A stretch of DNA of 32,000 nt from Trichodesmium erythraeum IMS101. Lineage in GTDB: Bacteria; Cyanobacteriota; Cyanobacteriia; Cyanobacteriales; Microcoleaceae. The position numbers and the translations under genes were made by a program. Where the stretch lies: assembly GCF_000014265.1 (NCBI RefSeq), contig NC_008312.1:4800001-4832000 (forward strand). Reading direction: 5' to 3'. Shown here one piece after another: positions 1-8,486 of the stretch (position 1 is the first letter of the stretch; the number at the start of each line of letters is the position of its first letter). The notes below the pieces were generated by a model. The model ran no database searches. It saw nothing but the letters and a program-made list of their open reading frames with translations, and was not told where the DNA came from.

Positions 1-163
1 TACAAATGATTTAGGATAGCTGATTATTAATCAAGACTTACCCAGAAACCGGGTTGATGAACTACAATTTACAATCATTTTGCGTTAAATTAGGGTAATA
101 AATCTGGTTTCTTGGTTAGGGTTATAATAGAAGCCCAGTTTAATGAAAAAATAACTATCACTT

Positions 164-823
164 ATGATTAAAATCAAACATTCAATTAATCTCCATAAGG
201 GTACCACCTTGATTTTCATATTGGTACTAATGATAGCCTACCAAAACTTTACTTTAGGTCCTTGGATTTATCTAGCTCTACATGGTACCTATGGAATTTT
301 ATGGCTACTAAAAGACCGTATCTATCCAGACAAACAATGGGAGGAAGAAATACCTGTTATACAAAGTATTATGATGTTTGTAATTATAGGTTTATATTGG
401 GTAGCTCCTTATATTTTAATTAGCAGTGGAACTGAACCTCCAATACCTTTAGTAGCTGCTGCTATTTGTCTTAATATTTTTGGAGTTTTCCTCCACTATA
501 GTAGCGACGCTCAAAAATATTATACCCTCAAATATAAGCCAGGATTAATCACAGAAGGATTCTTTGCTCGTTGCCGAAATACAAACTATTTAGGGGAAAT
601 GTTTATTTATATTTCCTTTGCAATGTTAGCCCAACATTGGCTACCTTTTTTAATTTTAGGAGGTTTTTTTGCCTTAATATTTATTCCTAATATTCTGAAA
701 AAAGATAAATCTTTGTCTCGTTACCTAGAATTTACAGAATATAAGACTAATTCAGGTTTAATTATTCCTCAACTATGGGGTGATAATTTTATTAACCAAG
801 AAGCTAAAAAAGTTAGTAAATAA
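164..823 (+). CDS. polytopic membrane protein, DUF1295 / steroid-5-alpha-reductase / ICMT-like family
   Basis: 219-aa ORF with several hydrophobic segments. The C-terminal motif RCRNTNYLGEMFIYISFAM resembles the R-x-P-N-Y-x-G-E signature of this family. Family assignment is from motif memory, not a search. Confidence 0.65.
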   Translation: MIKIKHSINLHKGTTLIFILVLMIAYQNFTLGPWIYLALHGTYGILWLLKDRIYPDKQWEEEIPVIQSIMMFVIIGLYWVAPYILISSGTEPPIPLVAAAICLNIFGVFLHYSSDAQKYYTLKYKPGLITEGFFARCRNTNYLGEMFIYISFAMLAQHWLPFLILGGFFALIFIPNILKKDKSLSRYLEFTEYKTNSGLIIPQLWGDNFINQEAKKVSK

Positions 824-869
824 AATAGTTAAAACATTTATTAAAAAATAAGTAGGAATAGCTTAGATC

Positions 870-986
870 ATGTCCGGATAATTATAAAAAAGCCTATGGT
901 TTGTAGTAGGGCTTTCCAATTTTAAATATTTACCCTAGATATCTTGCCCTACTACAAGCTTTAATTATAACTATAAATGCGGACAT
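870..986. repeat. nested inverted repeat (hairpin or MITE-like element) downstream of the 164..823 CDS
   Basis: Outer arms are atgtccg (870-876) and cggacat (980-986). Inner arms are a perfect 12-bp pair, ttgtagtagggc (901-912) and gccctactacaa (946-957), with a 33-nt loop. Confidence 0.4.
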
Positions 987-1176
987 AATATTAATTGAAG
1001 ATTTACTTTATAAAGCTTTCAAAAACTAAAAATAATTAAATTATTTATTTGGCTTTAAAACTAAACAAAATTCCCCAAATATATCAGACAATACCAATAA
1101 ATTTAAAACCTTCTCTTTGAAATATATGATATCTAATGGTATGGTAAACTTTCCTAATATTTAAGCAAGGAGGCAT

Positions 1177-1208
1177 GAAAAAAACTTGGCTATATTAAAA
1201 TTTGTATA
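1177..1208. repeat. copy 1 of a dispersed ~30-bp repeat (gaaaaaaacttggctatattaaaatttgtata)
   Basis: About 80% identical by eye to 18378-18407 and 18608-18640. Lies immediately outside the left end of the IS5-like remnant. Confidence 0.4.
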
Positions 1209-1218
1209 CTAACTCTAA

Positions 1219-2115
1219 GAGGGTATCTGTAAAAAAAAAGATTAAAATAAAACAAGGGGTAAGTAAAACAGAGAAAATGGAAGTGATCAACTAGAAGTGA
1301 AACATTGAGAACATGACTTGCTCTTCCCTATTCCACAGACCTAAGAAAGTGATAGCCCCCATACTACCTGTGGCTAATTCCGAAACATCCAGAGGTAGGA
1401 AACAAACAGTGGAGTTATCAGAAGTTGTTAAAAGTATTCTCTACAGTCGTAGTAGTAGTTGTGCCTGGGAACTTTTACCCCATGACTTCCCAGCAGCCTT
1501 GACTGTGTATGGTGATTTGCCGAAAATGGCAGGAGTATTGGAATCTGACAACAGATTCACCCTCGCCCACGAGCTCATGTATGCTAATAAGAGGGACAAA
1601 ACCTAAAATCCATAGGGGGGATAATTGATAGCAAATTAGTGAAAAAAACTTAGATACGATGAGTAGAGCGTGGCTTTTATTGAGGCTAAAAAGTCAAAGG
1701 TCGGAAACGCCACACCCTAGTAGAAACATTGGGGCTGGTATTAGTGGTGCTAGTTCATGCTGCAAATATATCATATTTGATAGCTGGGAGGATATTGCTA
1801 GCAGAATCTAGCCTTTCAGTTCCAAGGCTATAAAAGGTTTGGGCTGAACGAGGTGTTCGAGGTGAGGGGTTACAGCAAGTCGCGGATGAATGGGAGCTTC
1901 ACCAGGAGGAGGTTGAACGTTATTAAAAGAATTTTGAGTTTGAACTTTGAGGTTAGGTGGTGGATAAAACTTTAGGTAGGCTGGGACGCCAAAGACAACT
2001 CAGTAAAGATTAGGAGGGTTTACTGGAAGTAAGTAAATTCGTTGTTCATATAGCTATGATTTCACTGATTTTAAATCGCCTTGTCCCTTAAGGTTTTATT
2101 TACAGATATCCTCTC
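1219..2115 (+). mobile_element. decayed IS5-family insertion sequence (~0.9 kb)
   Basis: Terminal inverted repeats: aagagggtatctgtaaa (1217-1233) versus the reverse complement of tttacagatatcctctc (2099-2115), 15/17 matching. The interior translates to IS5/DDE transposase-like peptides broken by stops. No clear target-site duplication was resolved. Confidence 0.6.
1313..2090 (+). pseudogene. IS5-family (DDE, DUF4096-type N-terminus) transposase, disrupted
   Basis: The N-terminal ORF (1313-1606) contains ILYSRSSSCAWELLPHDFPAALTVY, resembling the conserved ILYVLRTGCQWR-LP-DFPPWQTVY motif. Downstream frames read IIDS..VK, KVKGRKRH.LVETLGLVLVVLVHAANI, VWAERGVRGE and LGRLGRQRQLSKD.E....SKFVVHIAMISLILNRL, with several in-frame stops and frame changes. 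Confidence 0.6.
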
Positions 2116-2149
2116 AAGTTATTGCCTCAAATTTTTATTAAATCTACCA

Positions 2150-2965
2150 TTAAGCTTGCTTTTCACCCCGTGAGTTCTTCTTCACTCTAATCGCAATTAC
2201 GGTAATATTATCCTTGCCCCCATTCTCTAAAGCTGCTTTTACACAAGCCTTTGTTAGCTTTTCTGACGAATCTCTAAACTGTTCGACCAAACTTTCTAAT
2301 ACTTCCTGACTTACTTCTCCATGTAACCCGTCGCTGCACAACAACAATAAATCTCCAGAATGCAATTTTCTTACTGGTGAAGGGGGAGAATCCCATTTTG
2401 GGTCAATAGATAATTGTGCTTTTCCCCTGCCTCCCAAACAAGAGTTAACGACGGAACGCATCGGATGACTCGACACTTCTTCAGGGGTAATTTTTCCTAA
2501 CTCCAGGAGTACCCCTACTACTGAATGATCGGCGGTGATGTAGGGGGGAGAGTTACAACTAAAGTGGTATAAGCGACAGTCTCCGGCATAGAGATGGATT
2601 AATTCTGTGGGGGTGACGATCGCTGCTATTATCGTTGTCCCCATATTCATCAATTTGAAGTCTTGAGAAGCTTGCTCTCGAATGGCGCGATCAGCTTCGT
2701 AAAATCCTTTGAGCAGTAATTCATATCGTCCAAAAGCTTCTGGGGGAAAGGGTTGTTCCAGCAATCCCCGAAAGGTATCCACAGCAATTTTTGAGGCTAC
2801 CTCTCCTCCTTTATTTCCTCCCATACCATCAGCTACTACGGCTAATATGGCAGTTTCGTCTTCCCAGAGTTCCAGCAAATAATTATCTTGATTGATTTCC
2901 CGCTTGTTGCCCCGATGGGTTTTGACTTCACGAGTTAGGGACCCTACCACTAATGGTTTATTCAT
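2150..2965 (-). CDS. PP2C-family (PPM) Ser/Thr protein phosphatase
   Basis: Motifs REINQDN, VADGMGGNKGGEVAS, LCSDGL and GGKDNITVIAIRV. The start overlaps the stop of the upstream FHA gene (ATGAATAA, 8-nt overlap). Confidence 0.9.
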   Translation of the reverse strand: MNKPLVVGSLTREVKTHRGNKREINQDNYLLELWEDETAILAVVADGMGGNKGGEVASKIAVDTFRGLLEQPFPPEAFGRYELLLKGFYEADRAIREQASQDFKLMNMGTTIIAAIVTPTELIHLYAGDCRLYHFSCNSPPYITADHSVVGVLLELGKITPEEVSSHPMRSVVNSCLGGRGKAQLSIDPKWDSPPSPVRKLHSGDLLLLCSDGLHGEVSQEVLESLVEQFRDSSEKLTKACVKAALENGGKDNITVIAIRVKKNSRGEKQA

Positions 2966-3362
2966 TAATTATCACCTCAAATTTTAAATTACCTAGTTTG
3001 ACCTGACTTCCTGGTTTTAAACTGACAGGAGATGAGGGCTGGTTGGGGATAACGGGAGAGAGCTTTTCTCCATCTACAAAAGTGCCGTTACTACTGCCTA
3101 AATCTACAATTTGCAGGTTGCATCCTACCCACTCAATCTCTGCATGACGGCGGGATATAGCTGGCGGACTACCGATTTCGCAATCAGTTAAATTGATGTC
3201 TACTTTGATATTGGGTGGGTCGTTGCGACCAATAACTATTCGCATCTGGTTGAGGGGAAATATCCTGTGGGCTCCAGGTCCATTGAGTACCTGCAGTTGT
3301 GCGGTATCGGGAGTAAACCGATTTAAACCTGGAGGGGTGTCGATGCCGAAGCTGTTACTCAT
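2958..3362 (-). CDS. FHA-domain protein
   Basis: FHA signature IVIGRN ... ISRRHAEIEW ... IVDLGSSNGTFVDGEKL. The ORF track starts at a TTG (3419) that overlaps the vWA gene. I place the start at the first ATG (3362, MSNSFG...). The exact start is uncertain. Confidence 0.85.
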   Translation of the reverse strand: MSNSFGIDTPPGLNRFTPDTAQLQVLNGPGAHRIFPLNQMRIVIGRNDPPNIKVDINLTDCEIGSPPAISRRHAEIEWVGCNLQIVDLGSSNGTFVDGEKLSPVIPNQPSSPVSLKPGSQVKLGNLKFEVIINE

Positions 3363-3402
3363 GTTGGTTTTGAAGATAATATTTAAACTGGAAAACTGGG
3401 GA

Positions 3403-4665
3403 TTAGTCTGTCTTTCCAAGATTGCGCGAATCCCTCAATATTCCCGTGGCTTTGTCTGGATTCAAATTTCCTGTCTTTTGCAAATCGTCTAGTTGTTGGG
3501 CGGCTTGGCTGGCAAGATCTAGTTCCCCGGCTTTGGCTGCTGTAACTTGAATTTCTGTTAGCAACTCTCCAGTGCGCTTAGGATTACTATTACCAATGTC
3601 TATCATCTCTTTGCTGTAAAGGTTGATTTCCCAACATTGCCGATCACGATTTACTTCTGTATTAACTTTTTGTGCTTCGCTGTAGGCAGTGGTGTAGGTA
3701 ATAGCGGCTGTTTTTTTTATGGGGGTTTCTAATCCCCTAGCTGTTAGTTCTACTGAAATTATGTCGCGACTTCCTAGGGGTTCGCCAAAACTGATGGAGG
3801 GAAGATCCAAACTAATTAAAATATCTGTAGGGTAATCCCTACGGAGTGTTCCCAGGCTTAATTCATTGGGGCGGGTTTCTTCTAGGGGTAAATATTCTGG
3901 ACGGAAGCGACAGTAGCTTGTCGCTTTAACTCCGGAAGCTAATAGTGTTAAGTGAAGTTTGGCATCTACAATGGCAATTTCCTGATCCGCTTTTAATCTG
4001 TTTTGTAGATCGCTCAATAGCTTGTCTGGAGTATCAGCATAGATAAATGCTCCTCCACCTTGATCGCTTAAGTCTGTCAAAAAGGATGTGTTGAAGTTAG
4101 CAGCATCACCTAGTCCTACAGCACACAGGATAATGCCACAACTTTTCATGTTCCTGGCTTTGACAATAAAGGGTTTCATATCATCTAAAGGCGTTCCTCC
4201 AGCATTTGTAGCATGACCATCGGTAATTAAAACCCCCACGAGTGGTGGGCTTTTTTCTGGAAGGAGACTTTCTTCAATCCAATCTAATGCTAAGTCGATG
4301 CGAGTAACACCCCTTGCTTGTAAATCAGCGATCGCCCCTTCGGCGAATCCCGCAGCAGCACCCCCACCTGCTAGAGATTCCAGCAAAGGTGTGACTCTGG
4401 TAGAGTAACCTGCTAGAGATAAGTAGTCTGGGTCCCGTAAATGAGAAACGACGGCAAGACAAGCTTCTTTAGCGCGTTGCAGTTTTTCCCCTTTCATTGA
4501 TTGACTGGTATCAAGAGCGATCGCCATCCGTATTGGTAAACTGGGCAAATTGGCATCTGTTTTAGGCTGAATGCGGACTCGTAGGACGTGACTGCCGTCT
4601 CGGTAATTTGCCTGTTGGGAGTTAAGTTTTGCTGGTCTATCCCAGGTTAGTTCTAGGTCAAACAT
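3403..4665 (-). CDS. von Willebrand factor type A (vWA) domain protein with an uncharacterised ~190-aa C-terminal region
   Basis: MIDAS-type D-x-S-x-S motif (ALDTSQSMKG), followed by LITDGHATN and a Rossmann-like alternation typical of vWA domains. Confidence 0.85.
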   Translation of the reverse strand: MFDLELTWDRPAKLNSQQANYRDGSHVLRVRIQPKTDANLPSLPIRMAIALDTSQSMKGEKLQRAKEACLAVVSHLRDPDYLSLAGYSTRVTPLLESLAGGGAAAGFAEGAIADLQARGVTRIDLALDWIEESLLPEKSPPLVGVLITDGHATNAGGTPLDDMKPFIVKARNMKSCGIILCAVGLGDAANFNTSFLTDLSDQGGGAFIYADTPDKLLSDLQNRLKADQEIAIVDAKLHLTLLASGVKATSYCRFRPEYLPLEETRPNELSLGTLRRDYPTDILISLDLPSISFGEPLGSRDIISVELTARGLETPIKKTAAITYTTAYSEAQKVNTEVNRDRQCWEINLYSKEMIDIGNSNPKRTGELLTEIQVTAAKAGELDLASQAAQQLDDLQKTGNLNPDKATGILRDSRNLGKTD

Positions 4666-4737
4666 AGTTGGTTATTTTGCGGTAATTGATTTGATTTTAC
4701 TCTTTACTGGTCTTTAAAAATATCGATCTCTAGATCG

Positions 4738-6717
4738 TTAGTCGCGTTTAATCAACTGACTTGCAATCCATCCCTGTCTCTGATACTGTGGACTATAAAT
4801 TTTGTACCAAAGATAATTATCTGAGTTATACCTCTCGTCGAGGACTCTAACAGGACTCCCAATAGTTAATTCAAAAAGAACCTCTGTCTCAGTAGAGCTT
4901 CCAGAGCGAACATTCTTGGTCTCCCAAGAAGTGCCTGTAACAGTTGCATTTGTCAGTTTTTTATTTATTTTTTTGCAAGCTGCAAAAGCGTCTGGAAATT
5001 TTTCTAAGTCAAGGTAAATAGAACATTTTTTGTCCCAAACATGGGTTATACTATATTCTCCAAATTCCCCATTACCTTCTATCGCCTTCTCAAAAGCATC
5101 TAAAGCCTTATCTCGCCATCCTCTGTCCTGGTAAATCACTCCTATTTTATACCAGACTTCTGAATCGTCTGATTTAAATTGAACAGCTCTCCAGTAGGAA
5201 TTTAATGCTTGACGTTTACCCTTTAACTTCGACAAAGCATTCCCTCGCTCCTTCCAAGCTCGATAATCATAATCAACCAGCTCGACTCTTTGATTGCAGG
5301 CATAATAAGTTTCTTGAGTGTCTTCTCCCTGTTCAGCTAAAAGATAGCATTTTTTCTGCCAAACATCCGCTATACTGAATTCTCCAAATTCTCCATTACC
5401 CTTTATAGCTTTGTTAAAAGCATTTAAAGCTTCATTTATCTCTCCTTTGTTTTCCCAAATCAAACCTATCTTGTACCAAACTTCTGAATCATCTGATTGA
5501 ATTTCTACAACTTTTTGATAGGATTCTAATGCTTCTTCTTTTTGATCCAATTTCCATAAAGCATCTCCCTTTTCTTTCCATAGAAAGTGATTATAGCGAT
5601 TAAAACTAATAGCTGCTTTACAGACAGAAATAGTTGTTTCTGGCTCAGAGTTTTTTACAAGATTGAGTATCAAACAAGCTCGTATCGGAGCATCCGCTGA
5701 TTCAGGTAGAAGTTCAAAAACTTCAAGGTATTTTTCTAGCGCACTTTCATAATTCCCTATTTCTTCTAGGCTATTAGCTTCTTCAAGTAAAATTTTAGCT
5801 TTTTTTTCTTTTAACTGAGGAATCAGAATATTAGTGACAGCAAAAAATCCTCCTATTCCCATTGTAACTATTAAACCTGTGATTATTTTAGGTTTAATAT
5901 TAGACCTCTCCAAAAACACCAATTTACGAACGGTAGCATAAAGGCTTGAGAACCTTTTCTGGAGAGGCCTGTTTTCAGGAGCATCAACTGATGGTAATGA
6001 CGATAAGGGTAACGGAGTTAATTCAGGGATTTCACTTCTGGATACCAAGTCTGGTAAAGGATATTTTTCAACTGTATTAAGTCGTTCTTCTCTGCTGATA
6101 ATAAATTGACGGTAAAGAGCATTTGCCCTTGTTAGTAATTTATGATCGGTAAAAATGTAAAGCAAGCGATTTGTGTACCAATACACATTGTCTCCATAAG
6201 GAGCGAGAACAAAATTTCCTTCTCTAATGGGTAATACAAGCCCGCACTTAAAAATTAGATAGTATATTTTTCCGGAAAATGGCAGGATGATTAATGCCAA
6301 AACCAGAGCAAAAATTATCCCTGCAATCGAACTAAGAGTGTAAGTTATTGCTGCTATTACAGCTCCTATATGAATATACAAAGCTAATTTACTCGGTTTG
6401 TAAACAAAACCACTATTTATGTGCTCTAAATAACCATCTTCATAATTCAGTTCCCCAAAATAACCTACACTAATATGTGCTATCCGACGCTCAGTCACAC
6501 AAGCAAATTGACGATTTCCCAAACAAAAAAAACCTTGAATACCTAAATATCTCGCATCATAAATCTCCTCATCTTCAGGAATAAATTGTTGAAACATGGT
6601 TTTAATAGCATCAAAATCACCTTCACAACCTAGCTTAAGCAGACTTTTCTGAAGTTTAATATCGCCCTTTTTAGGCTCTATTTGAGTGGAATAAATATTA
6701 GAAAATGGATTGCTCAT
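4738..6717 (-). CDS. membrane protein: conserved N-terminal domain + TM hairpin + third TM + TPR repeats + C-terminal SH3b-like domain
   Basis: 659 aa. Hydrophobic stretches are LALYIHIGAVIAAITYTLSSIAGIIFALVLALIILPF and IITGLIVTMGIGGFFAVTNILI. TPR-like repeats include an internal ~100-aa duplication (SDDSEVWYKIG...AF.KAI.GNGEFGE.SI..VW.KKC, twice). The C-terminus VRSGSSTETEVLFELTIGSPVRVLDE...YLWYKIYS..YQRQGWIASQLI looks like bacterial SH3. The N-terminal ~200 aa are paralogous to the next gene. Confidence 0.8.
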   Translation of the reverse strand: MSNPFSNIYSTQIEPKKGDIKLQKSLLKLGCEGDFDAIKTMFQQFIPEDEEIYDARYLGIQGFFCLGNRQFACVTERRIAHISVGYFGELNYEDGYLEHINSGFVYKPSKLALYIHIGAVIAAITYTLSSIAGIIFALVLALIILPFSGKIYYLIFKCGLVLPIREGNFVLAPYGDNVYWYTNRLLYIFTDHKLLTRANALYRQFIISREERLNTVEKYPLPDLVSRSEIPELTPLPLSSLPSVDAPENRPLQKRFSSLYATVRKLVFLERSNIKPKIITGLIVTMGIGGFFAVTNILIPQLKEKKAKILLEEANSLEEIGNYESALEKYLEVFELLPESADAPIRACLILNLVKNSEPETTISVCKAAISFNRYNHFLWKEKGDALWKLDQKEEALESYQKVVEIQSDDSEVWYKIGLIWENKGEINEALNAFNKAIKGNGEFGEFSIADVWQKKCYLLAEQGEDTQETYYACNQRVELVDYDYRAWKERGNALSKLKGKRQALNSYWRAVQFKSDDSEVWYKIGVIYQDRGWRDKALDAFEKAIEGNGEFGEYSITHVWDKKCSIYLDLEKFPDAFAACKKINKKLTNATVTGTSWETKNVRSGSSTETEVLFELTIGSPVRVLDERYNSDNYLWYKIYSPQYQRQGWIASQLIKRD

Positions 6718-6788
6718 TTTTTACCCAACCAGTTTATTTTTACTTGATTGACAATAATTTAAAGTTACTTTACTAAAGATGTCTATTA

Positions 6789-7334
6789 TTAAACAACACC
6801 TCTTAACTTAATGCGATTTTCTCTAGCGATCGTAAGATCGCGAAGAAGTTCATTTGCCCGTGTTAACAAACCACGATTTGTAAAAATATACACAGGCAGT
6901 CCCCCTCTAACTGCTATAACTATTCCACATTTGTTGAATCTGTAATATGTTTGAACGACAAAAGGTAATAACAACAAACCTATTACGGTAATTCCTACTA
7001 CTGCAACTATTAAGTACAACCATAACTTAGAAGGTTGATAAATAAAAGTGCTGTTGATATGTTCTAAATAACCATCTTGATAAGTAACTTGACCAAATCG
7101 GCCTACGGTAATATCGGCGACACGACGATCTGTTAGACACACAAACTCTCGATTTCCAAAACCCCATAGTCCTTGCAATCCCAAATACCGAACCAAACAA
7201 ATTTCTTCTGCTTCTGGAATGAACTGTTGAAACATGGTACGAATTGCGTCTTGATTGTCTTTCGATGCTCTTTTAAGCAAACTAGAAGAAATTCTAATCT
7301 CCTGTTTTGAACCTTTATCTGGATTTTTTGTCAT
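6789..7334 (-). CDS. membrane protein, short paralogue of the N-terminal module of the 659-aa protein
   Basis: Shares DAI(K/R)TMFQQFIPE.EEI..(A/V)RYLG.QG....GNR.F.C.T.RR.A.I.VG.FG...Y.DGYLEHINS.F.Y.PSKL.LY and a later KCG.V......G....IFT...LLTRAN with the 659-aa ORF. The start is moved to ATG 7334 (MTKNPDK), which has GGAG about 9 nt upstream and removes a 143-nt overlap with the kinase gene. Confidence 0.75.
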   Translation of the reverse strand: MTKNPDKGSKQEIRISSSLLKRASKDNQDAIRTMFQQFIPEAEEICLVRYLGLQGLWGFGNREFVCLTDRRVADITVGRFGQVTYQDGYLEHINSTFIYQPSKLWLYLIVAVVGITVIGLLLLPFVVQTYYRFNKCGIVIAVRGGLPVYIFTNRGLLTRANELLRDLTIARENRIKLRGVV

Positions 7335-7380
7335 AATTATTTCTCCATTACAGTATTTTGTGAATAAAAACTTACTACCT

Positions 7381-8442
7381 TTAGAAAGAGTTATCGTCAA
7401 ATAAAGAACTAAACCATCCCCAAAATCCCTTGGCTCTTCCCCATCGATCAGGATGAATTTCTTGATTTTGGGGACTTGATTCTGTAGGTTTTGGATGGTT
7501 AGATGAAGTATCTTCCCCTTCATTTACTGGGTTAATCGGTAGTTCTACTAGGGTGCTAGAATCTACAATTCTTGTAAAAATTTGAGTTTGGGGACTTAAC
7601 TTTGTAGTTTTTGAATCATTAGAAAAAGTATATTCCACTTCTGTTAAAATTTGCTTTACTGACCAACGTTTTTGCCGATTTTTTTGCAAACATCCCCGAA
7701 CCATCTGCTCAAAACTTTTTGGCAAGCCTGATAAATCTGGTTCTCCATTGCACACCTGTTTTTGTAACTGTTGTGGCGTATCTCCTTCAAATGGCATTTT
7801 TCCTGTCAACACTTGCACAATAATTACCCCCAAAGACCAAACATCCCATGATGTCGCTACTTTACCTTCATAAGCCTCTGGTGGGGAGTAGCCTGGAGTT
7901 CCTGTAAGATTAACAGTATCCATCACACTATTTTTTCCGATCGCCCTTACCAACCCAAAATCTGATAATTTCCATTTATCTCCCACCCTAAGTATATTTC
8001 CAGGCTTTAAATCTCTATGGGCAATGGAATTTTGTTCATTGTGGAGATAGTCTAAAGCTCCTGCAATATAGTTTACTAACTGCAGCGTTTCTGTTTCCGA
8101 TAAAACCCCCTCATTTAACTGCTTTTCCAAACTAAACTCAGCTACCTCCATTACTAAATAAAGAAAATCGGCAGCATTAAGATGACATTCGTTGACATCA
8201 AAGCAACTGATGAGATTGGGATGTTTTAAAGACATAGATGCCTGGAGTTCGTTTAATTGAGCCTGGTTATTATCATCGGCAACAATCAGTTTTATCGCCA
8301 CCTGACGCATCAGCTTATTTCTAACAACATCATCAGCAAGAAAAACTCCTCCAAAACCACCCGCACCTAAAAGTTCTCGGAGATAATATTTTTTTTCAAT
8401 AACTTGCCCTTCTAGCATTTTCCAAAGTAAAGTATTGTTCAT
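7381..8442 (-). CDS. Hanks-type Ser/Thr protein kinase with a short low-complexity C-terminal tail
   Basis: LGAGGFGGVF (glycine loop), VAIKLI (catalytic Lys), HRDLKPGNIL, SDFGL and GTPGYSPPE. No TM segment was seen. Confidence 0.9.
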   Translation of the reverse strand: MNNTLLWKMLEGQVIEKKYYLRELLGAGGFGGVFLADDVVRNKLMRQVAIKLIVADDNNQAQLNELQASMSLKHPNLISCFDVNECHLNAADFLYLVMEVAEFSLEKQLNEGVLSETETLQLVNYIAGALDYLHNEQNSIAHRDLKPGNILRVGDKWKLSDFGLVRAIGKNSVMDTVNLTGTPGYSPPEAYEGKVATSWDVWSLGVIIVQVLTGKMPFEGDTPQQLQKQVCNGEPDLSGLPKSFEQMVRGCLQKNRQKRWSVKQILTEVEYTFSNDSKTTKLSPQTQIFTRIVDSSTLVELPINPVNEGEDTSSNHPKPTESSPQNQEIHPDRWGRAKGFWGWFSSLFDDNSF

Positions 8443-8486
8443 AGTAGATTCTTTTACTAATTAGTTGAACTCTATTAATTAATCCC

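Noticed and set aside
2958-3419. The 153-aa version of the FHA ORF, starting at TTG 3419
   Set aside because: It overlaps the vWA stop by 17 nt and uses TTG. ATG 3362 is more conservative. The longer form cannot be excluded.
3193-3492. A 99-aa plus-strand ORF opposite the FHA / vWA junction
   Set aside because: It is antisense shadow of two well-supported genes and has no motifs.
6789-7523. The full 244-aa ORF as given in the track, overlapping the kinase gene by 143 nt
   Set aside because: The first 63 codons lie inside the kinase coding region in another frame and have no similarity to the paralogue. An internal ATG at 7334, with GGAG upstream, gives a 181-aa product that begins where the paralogy begins.
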